Shown here: positions 32,653 to 36,142 of the stretch, piece by piece
How positions within the stretch are numbered: the stretch's first letter is position 1
Layout: each line of letters opens with the position of its first letter
Origin: Planctomycetota bacterium
Lineage (GTDB): Bacteria; Planctomycetota; DG-23; DATKVD01
Direction: 5' to 3'
DNA: 36,142 nucleotides
Assembly: GCA_037439485.1 (NCBI GenBank)
Contig: JBBIVY010000025.1
Location: forward strand, 1-36,142
Notes under the pieces: model-generated
What the model was told of the DNA's origin: nothing
The model's database searches: none
Seen by the model: the letters and a program-made list of their open reading frames with translations, nothing else
Position numbers and translations under genes: made by a program

Positions 32653-34767
32653 ATGTTGAGGAAGATCGCCTGGATGTCCGTCGTCGCGCTGGTTGCCAAC
32701 GTGTCGCTCGCCTGGGCTGAGCCGCCCGTGGTGACTGCGGCGAAGTTCGACGCCTTCGCGCGCGCCTACTTCACGGCCGTCGCCGAGCCCGACATGTGGA
32801 AGACGTTCGGGTCCGACTTCAAATTCGTCACTACGCCGGAGAGCAACTGGCGCCGGGCCTCGACGACCTCCGCGGTGGTCGCCTTCGAGACGAACCTCCC
32901 CGCGAAGTCTTACGTCCTCTACGGGATGCTGCCGGGCGCGTATGCCTACGCGACGCCCGTGGAGACGCGGAGCACGTTCATCCACGTTCAATATCTCCGC
33001 TACCTCCAGCCGGGCACGACGTATTACTACAAGATATTCACGTTCGACGATCGCGGGTTGCTCATCATGAGCGACGAGTCGAGCTTCCAGACCACCGCCG
33101 TAGTGCGGGGCAAGGTGATCGAGGTTCCGGGCACGCTGCAGGGCCCGCCCTACCTCCTCGATCAGGAGGGCGCCACGTACGTCGTCACGCGCGATATCGT
33201 GGCCGATTCCACGGCGTTCAACATCACGAAGAGCGGCATCACACTGGACCTCGGCGGCAACACGGTCATCTATAACAACAAGGCTGGCGTCGCGGACCCG
33301 AACGCGAACGAGGCGTTCTATGGCCCGCAGGGCGCGGGCGGCCCGTGCGGCATCCGCACCGCCGATGGCCTGAAGGGAGTCAAGATCTTCAACGGCAAGG
33401 TGGAGCAGGGCGCCGGGATGGGCGTCTCCAAGTTCAACGGGTATTACCCCATCTTCCTGCGCAGGCCGATGGGTCTGGAGATGGCGGGCGTCACCGTGAC
33501 TTACGCGGGCGGACAGGTGTCGGGCGTCAAGGTCAACAACGGCGGCGACGGCCTCGACCTGCACCACAACGTGGTTTATGACCAGGGCACGGTGCTCTTC
33601 GACCGGCATCACGGCTCGCACGCGTTCGAAGTGGATACCTCGAAGGCCGCGGCGACCGTGACGAAGGTCCATCACAACCTCGTCCTGCGCGCGCGTCACT
33701 GCGGCATCACGGCGTCCGAGAAGCAGGAGATCTACTCCAACGAGATCTACGTCGACTCGTACGCGACGAACTCCTACGGCATCCAGTACACGAGCCTGAC
33801 GACGGCGGAGAAGCTGGCGATCCATAACAACAAAGTCTTCGGCACCGGCTTCCACCCGATCGGCATCGGCGCCGGGCAGGGATGGTCGGACGTGCAGGTC
33901 TTCGAGAACTTCGTCCTCATGCAGGGCACGACGTTCGAGTGGCGCTGGGCGGGCGGCGAGGGCGGCGGCGACGCCGACGCGGCCGACAAGTCCGGCGTGT
34001 TTCCGCTGAACGGCATCCGTCTGCAGAAGCCGCGCGAGAACGTCCGGCATTCGGGCAACACGGTGATCGTCAAGGGCTTCGGCGTGGGCTGCAACATGCG
34101 CGGTCTCTGGCTCATGCCCGACTCGGGCTCGCCGTCGAGCGTGACGTTCATGAATAACCGCGTGAAGGTCGTGTCGATGGACGGCGTCGCCAGCGGCTCG
34201 GCGGTGGACGCCGGCGGTTGCGGCCTTCAGGCGGGCAAGCCGCATGTTAGCCTCGAAGGCAACACGATTGAGAGCAACCTCTGCAACGTTCAGTTCGGCG
34301 ATCATTATGGGCACGGCGGTCCGTACATCTTCACCAGGAACACGCTCGTGCAGTTGGGAGCGGACCCGCGCTACAAGACGATCCGCGTGGGCTGGGGCGG
34401 TGCGGCCTGGGATTCGTTCGACCACCAGTTCGCCGATACGGCCTTCCAGGGCGGGGCGTCCTTCGACAAGATCTCCTGGGACGGCGCGTCGAGCAAGAAG
34501 TATGAGTTCACGGTGGCCTGGACGCTGACCGTTCAGACCGATCCGGGCGCGATGGTGACCATCAAGAACAACGCCGGCAAGACGGTCGCCGCATACGCCG
34601 CCGACGCCAAGGGACTCTACCAGGCCGTCGTCACGCAGGGCACGTTCTCGTCCGCCGGCAACCGCATGGACACGCCCCACACGGTGGTTGTGAGCAAGGG
34701 CATGGCCAAGCCGGTCGAGAAGACGGTCGTTGTCGACCGCGCGCAGACGGTGCTGATCGGGCTCTGA
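32653..34767 (+). CDS. Secreted right-handed parallel beta-helix (pectin-lyase-fold) repeat protein, 704 aa
   Basis: AAGGAG RBS. Signal peptide MLRKIAWMSVVALVANVSLAWA. Recurrent short beta-helix rungs (..HHNVVY.., ..HHNLVL.., ..IHNNKVFG.., NTVIVKGFGVG..). Confidence 0.75.
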   Translation: MLRKIAWMSVVALVANVSLAWAEPPVVTAAKFDAFARAYFTAVAEPDMWKTFGSDFKFVTTPESNWRRASTTSAVVAFETNLPAKSYVLYGMLPGAYAYATPVETRSTFIHVQYLRYLQPGTTYYYKIFTFDDRGLLIMSDESSFQTTAVVRGKVIEVPGTLQGPPYLLDQEGATYVVTRDIVADSTAFNITKSGITLDLGGNTVIYNNKAGVADPNANEAFYGPQGAGGPCGIRTADGLKGVKIFNGKVEQGAGMGVSKFNGYYPIFLRRPMGLEMAGVTVTYAGGQVSGVKVNNGGDGLDLHHNVVYDQGTVLFDRHHGSHAFEVDTSKAAATVTKVHHNLVLRARHCGITASEKQEIYSNEIYVDSYATNSYGIQYTSLTTAEKLAIHNNKVFGTGFHPIGIGAGQGWSDVQVFENFVLMQGTTFEWRWAGGEGGGDADAADKSGVFPLNGIRLQKPRENVRHSGNTVIVKGFGVGCNMRGLWLMPDSGSPSSVTFMNNRVKVVSMDGVASGSAVDAGGCGLQAGKPHVSLEGNTIESNLCNVQFGDHYGHGGPYIFTRNTLVQLGADPRYKTIRVGWGGAAWDSFDHQFADTAFQGGASFDKISWDGASSKKYEFTVAWTLTVQTDPGAMVTIKNNAGKTVAAYAADAKGLYQAVVTQGTFSSAGNRMDTPHTVVVSKGMAKPVEKTVVVDRAQTVLIGL

Positions 34768-34794
34768 TTCGCAGGATGGCTGCGATTTCCGCGC

Positions 34795-34832
34795 AGGGGC
34801 ATTCCGACTTCCCGGGATGCCCCTGTTCTTTT
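34795..34832 (+). terminator. Rho-independent terminator. 8-bp perfect stem AGGGGCAT/ATGCCCCT with a 14-nt loop, followed by TTCTTTT.
   Basis: Lies 28 nt after the beta-helix gene stop. Stem, loop and T-run all read directly from the sequence. Confidence 0.6.
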
Positions 34833-34843
34833 GGGGTGGGGCG

Positions 34844-35524
34844 TCAGGCCGCTCGCGCGAAGACCCTCAACGCGTAGACCCTGTCGCCATACTTGCTGAG
34901 CCTGATGGGCAAGCCGCCGGGCCCGAGAGGGTCGTTGGCGAGATAGTCGGGCCCGTCGGTGCCGACGACGAGGACCCAGTGTTGGGTCCGGCCGCGGATG
35001 AGCACCTTGACCATCACGGGGTTGCCGAGGGCGAGGTTGCGTTCGAGAATCTCCGTCCGCGCGGGGCCGCGGTAGACTTCGCGGATGCGTCCTTGGGAGT
35101 ATTCCGCCAGCTTGTCCCAGACGAGCAGGTCGCCCGACTGGTATCCGCCATGCGTGCTGAGCCAGCGGTTGAGCCGGCCCGGGTCGGTGTCGACGCCGAA
35201 GTGGGCGAGCATCATCGATGCCGACACCACCGCGCAGCCGCCCCGGCCCACGCGCGAGCTGGAGCCGTCGAGCGGGTCGGTCGACCAGCGCGGGTCCGAC
35301 TCCTTGAAGCTCGGGGCCGCGATGCGGATGGGCGGGCCATACGGGGCGCTGCGTTTCGTCGGCGCCGTCGGCTCTCCCGGGCCCTTCGCGAAATAGACGA
35401 CCGCCGTCGCCAGAAGGGCGAGGATGATGAAGCCCACGAAAACGTGTCTGATCCGCCGACCTGTCATGAGTTCCCGCCCCGCGGTGCCGCTTCCCACAGC
35501 ATACTTCGGCATTTGGGCGGGCAA
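34844..35524 (-). CDS. Stand-alone papain-like cysteine peptidase of the C39-like family (Peptidase_C39_2-like). N-terminal signal peptide or TM anchor.
   Basis: GRGGCAVVSASMMLAHFG (Cys in a C39-like context) and a downstream RTQHWVLVVG (His in an H-x-VVL context). N-terminal hydrophobic HVFVGFIILALLATAVVYFA. The start may instead be the internal MTGRR. Confidence 0.5.
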   Translation of the reverse strand: MPAQMPKYAVGSGTAGRELMTGRRIRHVFVGFIILALLATAVVYFAKGPGEPTAPTKRSAPYGPPIRIAAPSFKESDPRWSTDPLDGSSSRVGRGGCAVVSASMMLAHFGVDTDPGRLNRWLSTHGGYQSGDLLVWDKLAEYSQGRIREVYRGPARTEILERNLALGNPVMVKVLIRGRTQHWVLVVGTDGPDYLANDPLGPGGLPIRLSKYGDRVYALRVFARAA

Positions 35525-35663
35525 TCTTGCGCCGGAGATTTCGCCTCAGTAGGGCGTTTCGTAGCGCGTCGCCAGTCCGAGCACCCAATTCCTGTGTCGG
35601 AGGTAGAGTGATTTGAATGCCTCCCGGTAATCCCGGACATGGTGTTGCTGGAGCGGTCGTGAG

Positions 35664-36134
35664 CTACATTGCATCAGGGCCGTTGGACGCCTTCACGAAT
35701 CTCACAATATCGTCAATACGAGTGTGAAGATCAAGCACGTTGAGGTCGGCTCTCGTCTCTACCACCTTGCGTGAAATGCGGACCTTGTCCGGTTCGCCGT
35801 CGAATCCCTCTATCATGCTGAGCGGGTCGGCATACTTGGTTGCAACTCGCAGCCCTGTGGCGGTCTTGTGGATATCCGTGACTGCGGCCGCGAGAACATC
35901 GTGAGGAACATAGTTCTCTACACAACAGCCGTCCGTAACCCACGCGAACCCGGGGGCGCTCTTGAACTCCTCGATTACTCGCATCTTGGTCGCATTGAGG
36001 CTATCCTCATGGCTATGCTTGTCGCTATCAATCAGAATGCAGATGTTCCGGTTCAACCGACGCAACGAGATGAAATCAAGGACCTCGGGATCCTCCGCTG
36101 AAAGATGACTGAGTAGCCTGCCGCCGTAGAACAT
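35664..36134 (-). CDS. Hypothetical protein in low-GC DNA, probably the C-terminal part of a longer protein that runs off the window. Contains a DxD (IDSDKH) motif reminiscent of Toprim/OLD-family nuclease domains.
   Basis: ORF in about 52% GC DNA. There is no stop between the ATG at 36134 and the window edge, so the true start may lie outside. ICILIDSDKHSHEDS motif. Confidence 0.35.
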   Translation of the reverse strand: MFYGGRLLSHLSAEDPEVLDFISLRRLNRNICILIDSDKHSHEDSLNATKMRVIEEFKSAPGFAWVTDGCCVENYVPHDVLAAAVTDIHKTATGLRVATKYADPLSMIEGFDGEPDKVRISRKVVETRADLNVLDLHTRIDDIVRFVKASNGPDAM

Positions 36135-36142
36135 GATTGAGT

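Noticed and set aside
35560-35595. Sequence resembling the tRNA 3' end (gccagtccgagcacccaa versus gagtccagccgggcccacca) at the point where GC drops; considered as an att direct repeat of an island integrated at the tRNA
   Set aside because: The match is weak (about 12 of 20 positions with gaps). The DNA between it and the tRNA is high-GC and looks native, so the geometry does not fit a tRNA-integrated island. It is left as a check only.
1-36142. CRISPR arrays, rRNA genes, IS elements or integrase/transposase genes
   Set aside because: No regularly spaced direct repeats, no rRNA-like conserved blocks, and no ORF with recognisable transposase or integrase motifs were seen on either strand.

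Overview
This is a high-GC (roughly 65-70%) bacterial chromosomal segment. The gene content suggests a Gram-negative envelope with many secreted proteins and PQQ-propeller proteins, possibly a PVC-type organism, but the phylum cannot be set from sequence alone. GC drops at both ends, to about 55% at 1-700 and about 52% at 35590-36142.

Major units, in order:
(i) A low-GC secreted hypothetical protein at 47-520.
(ii) A tightly packed minus-strand lipoprotein - FtsX-type permease - radical SAM/SPASM-like cluster at 4295-891, with 4-bp overlaps between genes. It lies immediately downstream of a minus-strand beta-carbonic-anhydrase-like - NfeD - flotillin operon at 7388-4438 that has its own sigma70-like promoter.
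(iii) A large secreted protein with Fn3-like C-terminal repeats at 7499-9772, whose start is bracketed by two copies of a 20-bp palindrome.
(iv) An LtaS/sulfatase-family membrane transferase and an MFS transporter.
(v) A plus-strand cluster of ArnT-like GT-C glycosyltransferase, ChbG/YdjC deacetylase, polyprenyl-phosphate GT2, LAB_N small membrane protein and a further membrane protein at 13651-18079. It resembles arn/lgm-type aminosugar lipid-modification loci.
(vi) A fused membrane/spermidine-synthase-like protein, a PQQ-propeller protein and a second MFS transporter.
(vii) A plus-strand carbohydrate operon of two tandem paralogous large secreted proteins, a sialate-O-acetylesterase and a GH4 glycosidase at 23147-30461, plus a candidate small lipoprotein.
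(viii) A non-coding scar of about 850 bp holding a roughly 115-nt near-perfect hairpin and a frameshifted remnant of a DnaE-family polymerase C-terminus.
(ix) A tRNA with a CAU anticodon, tRNA-Ile2-like, followed 17 nt later by a UVR-motif protein. After these come a beta-helix secreted protein with a clean terminator, a stand-alone C39-like peptidase, and a low-GC gene fragment with a DxD motif at the window edge.

The many very long antisense 'ORFs' in the track are GC artefacts. All coordinates were read by eye. Around 9600-9800 the printed sequence and the ORF track disagree by 1 nt, so coordinates there are +/-1.
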